From Lama guanicoe (taxonomy: Eukaryota), in NCBI GenBank assembly GCA_013239625.1, contig MU053934.1, positions 403,241 through 456,501 of the forward strand: a stretch of 53,261 nucleotides of DNA, read 5' to 3'. Below the pieces are notes generated by a model that was not told the DNA's origin, searched no databases, and saw only the letters and a program-made list of their open reading frames with translations. Both the position numbers and the translations under genes were made by a program. Positions 11,918 to 24,279 of this stretch are shown piece by piece (the first letter of the stretch is position 1; every line of letters begins with the position of its first letter).

Positions 11918-14352
11918 CATGGGTGCATCTTTAATTGGGCTGCATCAGACTCCAAAGATGGTGCTTCGCTCTCCTGGGGAGGGAGGGGGACAACCAAACA
12001 GCATACTCAGACTTGGATATTCTCCTGCCTTTGGAGGATGGAGCTCTTACAAATGTCCTGGGAGTGAAAGAGGAAAATTGAGTGCAAAACCGGACCCAAA
12101 GTCGAGAGAGTGTTCTTCATGCTCCATGTCAGTGATGGCAGTCCCTGTGCTCATCCGCCACTGCACCTGAGATCAGGCTCATGCCAAATCTGAGCAAAAG
12201 CTCCCTTCCTCTGCGCTGCACGTAAGGGATTAATGGAGGGGAAAAAAAAATCTCCTCTCCCACCCCTGGTGTTTCCGGAGGTCTCCCGTCAGTGAGGACT
12301 GGCTTGATTTGCATCGTGTTTTCCAGGTCCTCTGCTGCACCTCCTCTCCCCTACACTGAACTGGCTTTGAGACAAAGCCACCGCCCTTCATGCAAACCTC
12401 CCGGTCCTTGCCCAACCTTCTATGGATGTCACGTTGTCTCCGGGATGCGCTGCATCAGGAGAAGCCAGTCCTCTGGCCTGTAATGTTCAGGATACAGTTA
12501 GAGCCGACAAGATACTGAAAAAAGGAGGTTGGGAGGGAGGAGTAGAAAGAGTTAGTTATCTCGGGCTCTCCACCTGCACAGGCAACAGTTAGCGATGGCT
12601 GCGGGGCCAACCACCAGCACAAGGAGCCGTGTAAGGAACATCCTCACGCATTTCAAAGAGAAAAGGAGGCAATAATTCTGTGCATGTGGTTGATTCCTTC
12701 AGTTCCTTCAGTAGCATCCCCTTCCTGTAAACTGCCACATTGCCTAAATCAATGTTACCCTCCTCGCCTCCGCTATAAATTAAAAACAAGAGAAAACAAG
12801 CAACAGCCTGCCTGAACACCCCCAGCCTAGAAATGACTGCCCTCCTTTTCTCTCCTTTTCCACTTCTTCACAGCCTCCAGCCACCCCCTCCCTTTATCAC
12901 TTTGACTTACTGGAAGTTCTATTCCAATTGCTACAAATACCTATATGGAAACAATGTTTTAAAAAAGAAAAAGAAAAGAAAAACCCTTATCCTTTCTTCA
13001 CCCGTTCCTGACAAATCTAAGCCAGCCCTTCAGAGGAAATCAGAAGTGAAGAATGAGGTTTTTATTGGGAAAGATGGGGTGGAGGGGGGAAGAGCAGATA
13101 GATAGAAGATTTTTATCAAGAGCTCAGCTTGACAGAAATAGCATTTTATCAGGATGGGCACTTGGCAAAGATAAGACATTACCAAGAGCAAGATAGATGT
13201 TTGGGTAAAATATTGTGCTAATACCTTTTAAGCAAAACCTACCATCACTACTTTCGACGGATTGTTATTTCCTCCAAGTCCTACTCCAGGGATAATGGAG
13301 ATTTTTCTATAAGGGGCTTCCAATCTTATCACAAAGGCAAGAAGAATAAAACCAAGGCCCCTCCACTCAGCTCTATTGTGAGGCAAAGCCAGGATTTTTC
13401 CTTGGCAAGTCAAGAGGAAGCGAGGGCTTAGGTGCAGGGACCACCAAGAGGGGACCCAAGAGATGCCTTGATGGTGGAGATCCGGGACCAGATTCCAACT
13501 CCTGGCCCCAAAGAGAAGAGCCCCTCGCAGGACAGAGGCCCACCCGAAGCTGTACAAATGGTACTGGCCTCAGGATGGGGACACTGGAGTGGGTCTGTCA
13601 TGGGAAAACCCTTATTCAAGGCTTCCTGGACTTTTTGAAACTGCTGTTGAAATCCGCTGTGCTTTCTGACGCCATCCTCTGGCCCTGAAGAGTACTTCTG
13701 AGAAACAATGGTCTTCACCATCGAGTTATTCCCAAAGCCCTTACACGAGCAAAGCCTAGGCTAAGGTCCTGGGTGGCAGGACTGGCAAGCTGCATAAGCA
13801 TTAAGTGTCCGTGCTCCTCCCTTTGCGGGCCTTGACATCTGGTGAGTTACCTCGGCCTCTCCAATGTCCTTCTCCCATCTGCCTAGGGTGGGCGAGCCTC
13901 TCCATTCCTCTCCCTGTAACCTGCTACCATGGATCCAAGGTAATGGCTCTTACTACATCTGTAGCAGCTGTTTAGGAAAATGGCTTGGCACTGGGACTTC
14001 CCTTCCCTCAGCACCTGCTCGGGGCAAACGCCAAGCCAGGGAAGGCAGGGACCACGGGGAGTCACTGGTTTCCTGAGCGCCTAGCACAAGGTCTATAAGC
14101 AATGGGCCTCCTTCTGTGCCACCAGCTGTGGAAAGGGACAATGACGAAGGAGTTATGTGATGTCCTCCCAGCCAAAGGAGACCCCTTCCAGAAACTTCCA
14201 CTTCCCCTTCAGCCAACGGCATCACTGTTATTCCCAATGCACAGGCCAAAAACGAACAGCTTGTTACTGAGTATCTTCCCTCAGGTCCCACATACACGGC
14301 ATTAGCAAGATACCTGAATGTTGATTCTGCCTTCAAAGTGTACTCCGAATCC

Positions 14353-14465
14353 GGGCAGGGGATATAGCTCAAGTGGTAGAGCGCATGCTTAGCATGCACA
14401 AGGTCCTGGGTTCAATTCCCAGTACCTCCTCTAAAAATAAATCAACCTAATTTACCCCTCGCCCA
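14353..14465 (+). mobile_element. Vic-1 SINE
   Basis: ggggatatagctcaagtggtagagcgcatgcttagcatgcacaaggtcctgggttcaattcccagtacctcc plus A-rich/C-rich tail. 18-bp TSD with 3 mismatches (14335-14352, 14466-14483). Confidence 0.93.
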
Positions 14466-14489
14466 AAAGTGCACCTCGAATCCAAACTT

Positions 14490-15630
14490 TTACCACTACC
14501 CTTCCAGTCCACATTTCCCACCTGGACTCATGCAACAGCCACCCAACCAGCCCCTCTGCTTCAGACAGTCTATTTCCATCCAGCAGCCAGATGACACTTA
14601 AAAATAGTTCTCAGACCCATCACCAACCTGCCCAGACCACCCCTCTAATGGCCTCCCAGCAAACTAAAACAAAACCCAAACACCTTACGTGGGGTTCCAA
14701 GTCGCCACAAAACATTGGCTATGGTTATTTTTCTGACCTTAGAATGTCCCCTCAGTCCTTCTGCCACCACCACACCAGCCTTCCAGATGCATCTCCAATA
14801 TACTCATCACTGTCCCACCCTGGGGGCTCTTTCATGCTGTTAATTGGGAAACCTTCTCTGTACCAGGCCCCAGAGAAGCATCTGTACACCAGTCTCTGAA
14901 ACCCCATCCCTGCCCATCCTTCAGCCCCAGTCCTTCTCTTACTCCTCTGGTTATCCTTCTCCACTGCACTCATCACCACACTCTCCCCATGTATACATTT
15001 GTTTCCTTCTTGTTTGCCTATCTACACCCCTGGAATACAAGTTCAAGGATGGTGAGACAGGAGGGAAAGGGGGCAGGGCACAACCACTAAAAGAATGACA
15101 AAGCCGTTGAAGATGTGACCTAAACTGGTTGGAACCAGCTAGTCTCAAGATGGCGGCAGATGTGACTTCCAGTGGTCTTTGAGCCTCATTATAGGCTCAT
15201 TGTAATGTATCAGCATGCTAAATGACATGCCCACAGGTGCCCTGACAGTTCCAAGGCTGACCATAAAAGGCCAAAAAGCAGGTGGTGGCCCAATCCTACA
15301 AAATCCCCACCCCTTCCACAAAACAGTTTGGGCAGTCCTCCCACTTGTTAGTATATGAAATTACCCTGTCCCTAAGAACTAACCACCCCCACACCCAGCC
15401 CATTCTCCCTTCTGAGACGGACCGCAGTCTGCCCACTGAATGTGCATCTATAAATAAACTTGCTTTCACTTTACTGTGGCTCGCTGTTGAATTCTCTCCT
15501 GTGCGAGACAAGACCCTACTCTCTAGAAAATGTGCAAGAGTCTTTGATGGGTATGTCTCATCCACCATTGTATCTCCAGGGCCTAGAATTGAGCATGTAA
15601 TAGGCCTACAATAAATGCCTTAAATGACTA
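14490..15630. mobile_element. L2 LINE 3' fragment interrupted by a MER41-like LTR
   Basis: cacctggactcatgcaacagcc...cagcagccagatga...ctggaatacaagttc before the LTR, resuming caccattgtatctccagggcctagaa...caataaatg after it. Confidence 0.65.
15053..15529 (+). mobile_element. Second MER41-like ERV1 solo LTR (3' end uncertain)
   Basis: Same start as the 5903 copy (tgagacaggaggga...ggcagggcaca), plus aagatggcggc, cagcatgctaaatgacatgcccac and aataaacttgctttcactttact. Possible 4-bp TSD atgg / atgt. Confidence 0.85.
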
Positions 15631-15744
15631 AGGCAAGGAAGACAAAAATTACTCACACAGGTCAATGACACAAATTGGGTTTCAAATGAGGATGACAGGT
15701 ATAGCTCCCTTACCGAACACCTACTTTGGCTTTGGCTGAGTGAG

Positions 15745-15960
15745 TCTCACACATTATCTAAGTCCCAATTCTCTGAGGTGGGTTTTATTGTCCCCATTTT
15801 ATTTTATTTTATTGTTGATGGAGGTCCTGGGGGCTGAACCAGGACCTCATACATGCTAAATATGCGTTCTATCAGTGAGCTATACCCTCCTCCCTTATTG
15901 TCCCCATTTTAAAGAGGAAGAAACAGAGGCTCACGGAGCTGAAGGAACTTGCCAAGATTT
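15745..15960. mobile_element. MIR SINE interrupted by Vic-1
   Basis: ctctgaggtgggttttattgtccccatttta|aagaggaagaaacagaggctcac...aacttgccaag once the SINE is removed. Confidence 0.75.
15802..15894 (-). mobile_element. Vic-1 SINE
   Basis: tggaggtcctgggggctgaaccaggacctcatacatgctaaatatgcgttctatcagtgagctataccctcc. Perfect 17-bp TSD ttattgtccccatttta (15785-15801, 15895-15911). Confidence 0.93.
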
Positions 15961-16458
15961 TCTGTTAAAAAAAAAAAAGGAAAAATTGAATTGACGACCC
16001 TCTCCACCCACACACCCGAAAAAAACATTCTGTTTTCATTCTACCTTCTGCTTTTAAATAGCCCTTTCCAGGAAATAAAGGTTGAATTTCCATGTGACAA
16101 ACAGGGGACATCCTGCATATACCACACTTACAAGAGAGACAAGTAGCAGAACAGGCTCAATCAGGATCAAGACAGTAAGGAACTTCCTGCAGAAGGATGA
16201 ATACTAAGGGAATCCGCATAAAACCATTTCCAACAGCCCGCTGAACTCTACGCGGCCCACTGCTAGAACAGGTGAAGAGGATAAAGCAGCCCACACATCC
16301 TATCAGATGTCCCAGAGAGCAAGCACCCACGGGAGAAAGAAAAGGAGAAGCAGAGAGGGGGAAGGTTCCTGATGTCCTGATCTAGACATCCTGGGTACCC
16401 TGCCTGGGATCAGCCTGTGTCCTTTTAAAAGAATGCCATCAGGACACTCTTTTAAAAG

Positions 16459-17468
16459 GGACAAGGGCTTCATTTCCAGAATATAAAAACAGCTCACACA
16501 ACTCAATAGCAAAATGCCATACAACCCAATCAAAAAATGGGCAGAAGACCCAAATAAACATTTCTCCAATGAAGACATACAGATGGCCAATAGACACATG
16601 AAAAATGCTCAGTCAATATCACTAATTATCAGAGAAATGCAAATCAAAAGTACAATAAGGTATCACCTCACATCAGTCAGAATGGCCATTATTAAAAAGT
16701 CCACAAACAATAAATGCTGGAGAGGATGTGGGGAAAAGGGAACTCTCCTACACTGTTAGTGGAAATGTAGTTTGGTTCAGCCACTATGGAAAACAGTATG
16801 GAGGTTCCTTAAACTGAAAATACCCTATGATCCAGCAATCCCACTCCTGGGCATACATCAAGAGGAAATTTTGATTCAGAAAGATACATGCACCCCAGTG
16901 TTCATAGCAGCACTATATACAATAGCTAAGCAACCTACATGTCAATCTATACATGTTTGGATAAGGTTGTGGTATATCTATACAATGAAATACTACTCAG
17001 CCATAAAAAAGAATGAAATAATTCCATTTGCAGCAACATGGATGGACCTGGAGATCATCAAACTAAGTGAAGTAACCCGGAAAGAGAAAGAAAAATACCA
17101 TATGATAGCACTTACATGTGGACTCTTAAAAAAAAGCAGGGGGCACAATTGAACTTAATTACAAAAAAGACAGACTCACAGACATAGGAAACAAACTTAT
17201 GGTTGCCATGAGGGCAAAAGGGGTAAGAAGGGATAAATTGGGAGTTAGGGGTTTGCAGGTACTAACTACTATACATAAAACATAAACAACAAGGCCCTAC
17301 TGTATAGCATAGGGAACCATATTCAACACCTTGTCATGGCCGATAATGAAAAAAAACATGAAAAGGTGTATGTATGTGTGTGTGTGTGTAAATGAATCAC
17401 TATGCTGTACACCAGAAATTAACACAACATTGTAAATTGACTATCCTTCAACTTAAAAAAAAAAAAAA
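16459..17468 (+). mobile_element. 5'-truncated LINE-1 (ORF2 C-terminus remnant, 3'UTR, polyA)
   Basis: ORF-track peptides NPIKKWAED...[14 protein letters not shown] and VQPLWKTVWRFLK..PYDPAIPLLGI..AATWMDLE are the L1 ORF2 cysteine-rich C-terminus, broken by stops and indels. Ends in polyA at ~17455-17468. Confidence 0.95.
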
Positions 17469-20400
17469 GCCCTAGGTGGCCTGAGCAGGAGAGCCACTGC
17501 GGGGAGAACACGAGCCATCATTTCTGGACCCATGAGCAATCTCATGGCTGCAAACAGAGATGGATCTACTCTCCCTTCCGCAGCTCATAAAACAGAGAGG
17601 AGGTGGGGGCACGGGAAAGATGCACACGTGCTGCTTAAAGAGGTCAGAAAGACTCAGCCGCCAGACCCCAGCCAGACAGGAGACGGGAAGAATGGGGGGA
17701 ATCAGAACGCTTTGTCTGCAATCACCAGAGTATTCAGAGGCTGGTCGGAAGCAACAGAACTCGGGGCCCTGGAAATGGTTAACTCCTAGCTTCTCTCCTG
17801 ATGAGTAGCTCCAGCTGCTCATCAATAGAATCTCCAGCTGATAATTATTAAGTGAAACTTGGGGCTTGTATTTGCATATGTAAAGCACACTTCCCTCCGA
17901 AGCCACAATAGGAGGAAGAAGCGCTTCCTGATTGTGCGCGCAGGGGCGGTTTGGGTGGGCGGGGCTCCGGGCCGCTTCGCTTGTGCCTCTCCGCGCTCAT
18001 CAGGCCGGATATTCAGCAGAAATAAACCCCACGTCCCCAAATACGCCACGTGTCAAAATCCCCAGCTCAAATAAGAGACTTCGCTTCCCATATCTCACAA
18101 GGATGTAGTCTGCCACCCGATGTGTCCCTGAGGAATGCCATTCTTCAGCCTGGCACACGCGGGCACGCCTGGGTTACTTTACCGGCTGATGGAGTGGTTA
18201 TTGGTTTCCCCAAAAAGAAGGCTTGCAGCCTCCCCGCCTATTTGACACTTTTCAGTCTTGGCACCTGTCGACTAAGAAGCTTCAGCCCGGAAGAAGCAAG
18301 AAGGAAATGCACACAGCATCCAATTCCAAGTATCTGATGGCTTCTCTCTGGTAGGAGTTATCTTGGCTTGTGAGGAGGAAAGAAGTTACTGAGCTTGTCT
18401 CTCCTCCCACAGGAAAGGATGCCACACAGAGAAAAACCTCCGCACCCAGGAGTAGAGCAAGGACACTGGCCTCAGCACAGCTTGAAAAATCAGGGATTTC
18501 AAAAGACCAGTGTCACCTGTAGGCGCTAACGGTGTGAGGGTGATAAGGAGGCTGCCAGGTCTAAATTTACAGGGTGTCTAAAGTTATACCCATGGCATCC
18601 TCAAGACAGAAACAGACAACAGGATGAAACAACACCCTTGGTTAAGTTCGTGATCCTCTTGGCACCTCAGTGCCCGCATCTGTAAAATGGGAGTAAAGCT
18701 TCTGCAAAGACCCTCTTACACGGCACCCTCATGGTATATACAGACTGTCAACAGTTTATTTTCATTTATAACCTGTAAGCATGCCTTCATTTGACAACCT
18801 TTTCACATGGGGTCAAGGTCTCTTCTGTAAGGACACGCTCAGTGGGTGAAATTCCACATGGCCTTTCTTGCTGAAACCACAAACTGCCAAATGCTTTCGG
18901 CTTGAATATCTCTAAAGTGTAGGGAAAAACGTAAAAGGTATTTGTGAAGGAATCTGACTACAGAATTCCTGTCACATTTTTATTTTTTCCTCCATTTTTC
19001 AGTTGCCTTGCTTACACTGAATTCAACAGCTACACCACTGCGTGTTTTTATAGAAGTGCTTCTTCCTGCAGTATTTTACTGTGTTCTGTAATAATTCGAT
19101 TATATTATCTAATTATATGGTAAAGGGATGCTGTAAGAGGCTTGATGGTCTATTAAAACGACTTTTGTGAAGAACACAATTCAATGGGTGGACCCAGCAG
19201 TGCCAAAAGGTGCCAGAAAGTAGGCCAATGGCAGGAGACTCCACATGCAGAAGCCAGTGACCAGGGCTGTGACAGAGGCAATGGGGAAAGTGCTTGGTTA
19301 CTGGATGTGTTCTTAAGAGAAAGTGAGTTAGGAAGTCTTCTGCTGAGCATCTACCTTGTGGTGCTGCTGGGAAGATAGATAAGATAACACACAAGAGGCT
19401 TCCCATGCTAGGTATGAAATAAAGGCTTGGTAAAAATTCTTATTAGGGATTTATTTGATTACATCAGGCAAGTTACTCTCGACCATGGATGCTGGCTTTG
19501 AAATAAACTTCCTTGTGTTTCTGATAAAAATAATACTCCTTTCCATTGGTGGGACACCATGAGACCAGTCTGGAGCATCTTTGGATATGCCAGCCCATTG
19601 GTCTCTCCCGTGACGTGATGTAGGTAGAACAGGGATAACCGTGCCCTCCTCTCCACGAGGCAAGTGAGACCCAGAGGCCCACGGGCACTTGCCTAACGAC
19701 TCCGGGCATGTTGGGAGCAGGACCGGAAGGAAAGCGGAATTCTCCTTGTGCTATTTCACATTTCCTGAAGTTGCTTCTAGTGTTCATTTGGTGGCTTCTT
19801 AGCACCTTTATAACTTTAGAAGGAGTACCAGAATTTAATGACATGAAAAGGCGTGGAGAAACAGGTCTTCTCTTGCACCAGGGGAGCCATCACAGATGAG
19901 GACACAGGGGTTCCCAGCTGTGCTGACCTTGGGCAAGTCATTTAACCCCTCCAAGCCTCCATTAACAGGGAACAAACCTTTCTGTCTACCTTAAAGGGCC
20001 ATTTTGAAAATGCATTTTAAAAAAGCCTCTGGGATGGGCTGAGGTGGGGCAGGAAATCTTACGGGACTAGGACAAGTGAAGATATGCAGGACTTGGTCAG
20101 TATTACTATTACTATTATCAGCCAACGTTCATGCACCATGTAATTTAATTTACTTGTGAAAACAGGCATCTGTGCAGATAATACCATTATCATCCTCATA
20201 TTATGAAGATAAGGCAAAACTCAAGAAACACAATGTCCACAGAGCTCTGAAAACCCATCTGAGTGATTTTAGCCTGGTGGGGGACATTCATCATGTCATC
20301 ACAAGGCTCCTGATGTTCTGTTCATTCCAGGACAGCGTGTAGGCTCCTGAATGACCACTGTTTGCTAGGTGAGGCTGAGAGTGACCTCTCCCACCTGCTC

Positions 20401-20913
20401 TAGTGTAAAACACAAGTTCTGCTCCCTCAGAAAGGGGTGGTGCCCCAGGGCCCAAGTCTCCACCCCCTCGAGATTAAATGACTGCAGCACGACTGTATTC
20501 CCCATCATGCTACGGGATGTTGGGAGTCCGAGCCATCAGGCAACTTAATATATTTCCCTCTAAAGAGGACAGGAACAAACACATTGGAAGCAAGTTACAG
20601 CTATAATTATCGAGCCAAAGAGATGTGTATATGGGTCAGTGTCTCACAACATGACTAAATGCAAAAGAATCCAAATGACCTCCACTGTTACTTGCATTCT
20701 AATTCAGGCAGCCTCCGTGCTTGTACCCAGGGAGGTCTGCGGTAGGGGCCGAAGAGCACGGGGAGCAAAAAATCCGGCAAGTCCTTAAGGTCGAGGCTTC
20801 TTTCTTTTAAAACATCCTTATAGAAATGAAGAGTCCTCTACTTGTCAACCTGCCTGGAACTGTTACTTGATTTCCTCCACTCTACAAGCTTCTGAACCAG
20901 ATCCAACAGGTGT

Positions 20914-21270
20914 TTCACTCATTCATTCATTCACTCACTCATTCATTTACTTATTCGTTCATTCATTCCACTTGCACATTTATCAAGCATCTTTGATACT
21001 ATAGCATGACTATACAGTCCATTTCCCGCAAGGAACTTAAAGCCCATTGGGAGGAAAAAGAAGTAAAGACAAAATTACAGTGCAAAGAGATAAAGCAGCG
21101 GAATCCAGGACAGTGTATGCTAGCGAAGCAGGCAGACGCACCTCCTAGCTCAGTCTTAAAGGCTCAGGGAACCTTCGAGGAGTCGTCATATCCATGCTGA
21201 GAGCGGAAGAATGAGCACCGTAGCAGCTGGATTTTGAGAGGGGAAGTGTTCCAGCAGAGGAAACAGCATA
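20914..21270. mobile_element. L2 3' end with (TTCA)n tail
   Basis: (cattcatt)n at ~20914-20968 followed by acatttatcaagcatc, typical of L2 tails. Confidence 0.6.
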
Positions 21271-21284
21271 CGCAGGGGCTCAGA

Positions 21285-21765
21285 GCCATGGTTCCCAAAC
21301 TGGGTGCCCAGGTGCCCCAGTAAACCCATGGGGGCGCCACCATTTAAAAAGTTCCAGAGAAGCCCAGCCATTCTCAGTATCTGCTGGGCACTGTCTCCAT
21401 GACAAGCTCAATGCCTTTCGAATTTTTTTTTTGCAAAGCTGACTTTTCAGAATTTTCTATGACAAAAGGCAGCAACAGCATGATCATCAAGGTGTGACAG
21501 GTGCCCCGTCTGATTCCAAGGCTTGAGAAGTCGTGTATCCCAGCAGGTAAACACATCCCGTAAGTAAAGAGCTGTGGCTATTTAAGAGGGAAATAAAAAC
21601 ATGTTTGCCTTCAGTTGCTGTGTGTTCTTTTCTCATGCAGTTACAAAACAGGACGTACACACTTAATACGCGAAATCGTGAGATCTTTCATTTGGCCTGT
21701 GGGCAGAGTGAGAAGTTGCCAGGACACCAAGGGCCCCAAGAAATGGGAAAGTGTGCAAAGCTGTG
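21285..21765. mobile_element. hAT-Charlie element (Charlie4-like)
   Basis: Starts catggttcccaaactgggtgcc..ggggcgcc, with internal ctgattccaaggcttgagaag and tgtggctatttaagagggaaataaaaa. Confidence 0.6.
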
Positions 21766-22509
21766 GTTCAGAGACCAGAGGCACAATCCTTACAGCAGAC
21801 ATAAAGTCCCATCATACGACTAAGTCACTGATGGCAAGGTGAGGACCGGCGAAAGAAGATGCCAGAAAGGCAGGTGTGTCAGATCCTAGAGGGCCCCGTA
21901 AGCGCATGAATGAACTTGGCCTTCATTCTGAGTCCCCTGGGGGACACAAAAGAATTTTAAAGTTCCCCGTTGCACAAACTCCAATTCCACCTGAATTTTA
22001 CTGAACTTTCCCCCAGTTCTCAGAATGGCTGCATCTCCCACTCATCATGTGGATGCCACATGGTTGACTGAGTCCAACTGAGGAGTGGGGATGGAGGTCT
22101 GGTGAGAACCAGACCCATTCTGATGAAAACCATTATGCGGTTTTTGCAGGATGGCTGGCAACTTCACCTAACCTACTGAACCCAAGTAAAAACACAATGT
22201 TGAGTGCAGAATGCTTTACAAACCAAATTCATCATCATCTAGCATTTACATGTGTGTGCCTCATATTCTAAAAGTAGTCAACCTACAGTGAATTTAACTC
22301 CTGCCTCGACCCCTCCCATGGCAGGCTGTTAACATCTCCTTTCTTCACTTGGTATCATTGCCAAACCTCATCCTCAGTTATTCCTTTAATCCCTAAAACA
22401 ACTGCTGGATACAAAGAGAAAGAGCTCTGTGGTGAACTCTGAACTGCTTAACTTCAAGAAGCGTTTGATATACGTTTGGGACACGAAAACAATGCGTGTT
22501 GCCCTAATT

Positions 22510-22690
22510 TCTTATACGCATTATCTCAATTAATCCTCTCAACACACTTCTGAAGTAGATACTCTCTCTGATTTAGAGGACAGTAAGTTGAAGCTAAGAC
22601 AAGTTAAAGCAATTGGGCCAAGGTCATTCAGCTGCCAAGTGAAAGAGCCTGAGGTTTGGATAAAGATCTGTCTCCAACATCCATGATACT
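22510..22690. mobile_element. MIR SINE
   Basis: cattatctcaattaatcctctcaacac..tgaagtagatact..agttaaagcaattgggccaaggtca. Confidence 0.7.
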
Positions 22691-23256
22691 TTCACCAAAT
22701 TATGTCTCTTGTGAAGCCTGGAGTTTATGGTTTTTTTAAATACTTATTTAAATTCTTATTCCAAAAGACAGTTCTGTTTTTATGCATTGCAGACACCAGC
22801 AGCCTAAGTTGTAGGTGATATTTTGGTAACAAAGGATTTTTTTTTCTTTTTTTGGCACAAAACATGAAAAAGTGGCTCATGCGGATTCCGGGCTCAGTCT
22901 GCTTACTGGGAGACTTGAGTCACTGCTCTGAGGTTCCCCCAAAAGAAGCCAGATCCCAGAGATGAGACCAGAGGAGCATGAGCCAGTAAGTTACAGCTGG
23001 GAGAATCCTCTGAGCGATGTCACTGGCCACACGCGGTTCTCTGCACGTGAGAGCATGCCCAGCGGGCTCAGCCTACCCATCATGCAGTTACAGAGTCAAA
23101 GGGAAGGAAAAAAAAAAAACAGCTAGCTAAAAATGGTTTATAAAGACAATGAAGGAACTGAGAACGGCATTAAAATGTACTAGACAAGTAACTGAAAGTC
23201 AAAATACATGATCAAAGACCAACAGAACTAGACAATAAAATTAAAACGCTAAAGTC

Positions 23257-23391
23257 AGGGGGAGGGAATATCTCAAGTGGTAGAACGCATGCTTAGCATG
23301 CACGAGGTCCTGGGTTCGAACCTCGGTACCGCCACTGAATGAATGAATGAATGAATAAACCTGATTACCTTCCTTTCCCCCCTCCCCCCCC
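23257..23391 (+). mobile_element. Vic-1 SINE
   Basis: tRNA-Ala-like body with intact B box ggttcgaacc, and a (gaat)n plus C-rich tail. TSD aaaacgctaaagtc / aaaatgctaaagtc (23243-23256, 23392-23405). Confidence 0.93.
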
Positions 23392-23471
23392 AAAATGCTA
23401 AAGTCTATAATACAACATGAAGAGTAGAAGGATATTTCATTAATTCCCATCAAGACTCTGAGATCCTTGAA

Positions 23472-23688
23472 TAGGGGTTGGAAAACTTTTGCTATAAAGG
23501 CCCAGATAATAAATATTTTAGGCTTCCTGGGCTACATGGTCCCTGTAGCTATCACTCAACTGTGCCATCTGTAGTTCAAAAGTAGCCGCAGACAGTCTAC
23601 AAATAAAGCTATGTTGTAATAAAACTTTATTTACAGAAACGCACAGCAAGCATGATTTGACCTGCTGGCCATAATTTACCAAGCCCTG
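23472..23688 (+). mobile_element. MER58A-like hAT-Charlie MITE
   Basis: taggggttggaaaactttt...taataaaactttatttacagaaac...aagccctg, with a perfect 8-bp TSD tccttgaa (23464-23471, 23689-23696). Confidence 0.9.
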
Positions 23689-23715
23689 TCCTTGAAGGTC
23701 AAGAACAAATCTTCT

Positions 23716-23985
23716 CCAGACTCACAGGGTTAGAGGACAAACTAGTGGTCACCAGTGGGGAGAGGGAACGGGGAAGGGGCAATACAGGGGTAGGGGAGTA
23801 AGAGGTACAAACCCTTAGATATAAAATAAGCCGCAAGGATATATCGTACAACTTGGGAAATGCAGCCAATATTTTATAGCAACTATAAATGGAGTATAAC
23901 CTTTAAACATTGTCAATCACTATACTATCCACCTGGAATGTATATGATATTGTACAGCAACCATATCTCAATAAGAATAATAAAA
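23716..23985 (+). mobile_element. LINE-1 3'UTR fragment (cetartiodactyl L1-type)
   Basis: cagactcacag..acaaactagtggtcaccagtggggagaggga..gaggtacaaac..ataaaataagc..aatcactatact..tattgtacagcaac, then an A-rich tail. Confidence 0.85.
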
Positions 23986-24059
23986 GACAAGTCTTATATT
24001 CTTCAAAGAGACATCAAAGAGCTTCGACATTATACCAGGAGGGAAATTAAAATGTTTCC

Positions 24060-24215
24060 CAAAGTTTTATATAATTTTCATAAAACCCTACTCTGTGAGG
24101 CAACTGTTATTTGCCCCCATTTTACAAAAGAAGGAACTATGGCTCAGAGACCTTAAACAATGTGCACAGCTTATAAAGGGCAGAGCCAGGAGCAGAAGCC
24201 AGGCGTGCGGGGCTT
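24060..24215. mobile_element. MIR SINE
   Basis: ctctgtgaggcaactgttatttgcccccattttacaaaagaaggaactatggctcagaga. Confidence 0.7.
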
Positions 24216-24279
24216 TTAGCAATCAGAGGCTTTTCACCACGCCAGGAGGAAACGGTCCTCAAGATGGAAGGGCTCCCAA

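Noticed and set aside
14353..14430. Apparent tRNA-Ala(AGC) genes (also 23257, 27765, 29164, 35316)
   Set aside because: These are Vic-1 SINEs. They have mismatches in the acceptor, anticodon or T stems, A-rich/C-rich tails and target-site duplications.
5903..15529. Two similar LTRs ~9 kb apart as the ends of a full provirus
   Set aside because: The first LTR has its own TSD on both sides and the two are different subtypes. The interval holds old MIR/MER/L2 repeats and no gag/pol/env ORFs.
16514..17152. ORFs resembling a zinc-knuckle protein
   Set aside because: Fragmented L1 ORF2 C-terminus with stops and indels in a 5'-truncated copy, not a host gene.
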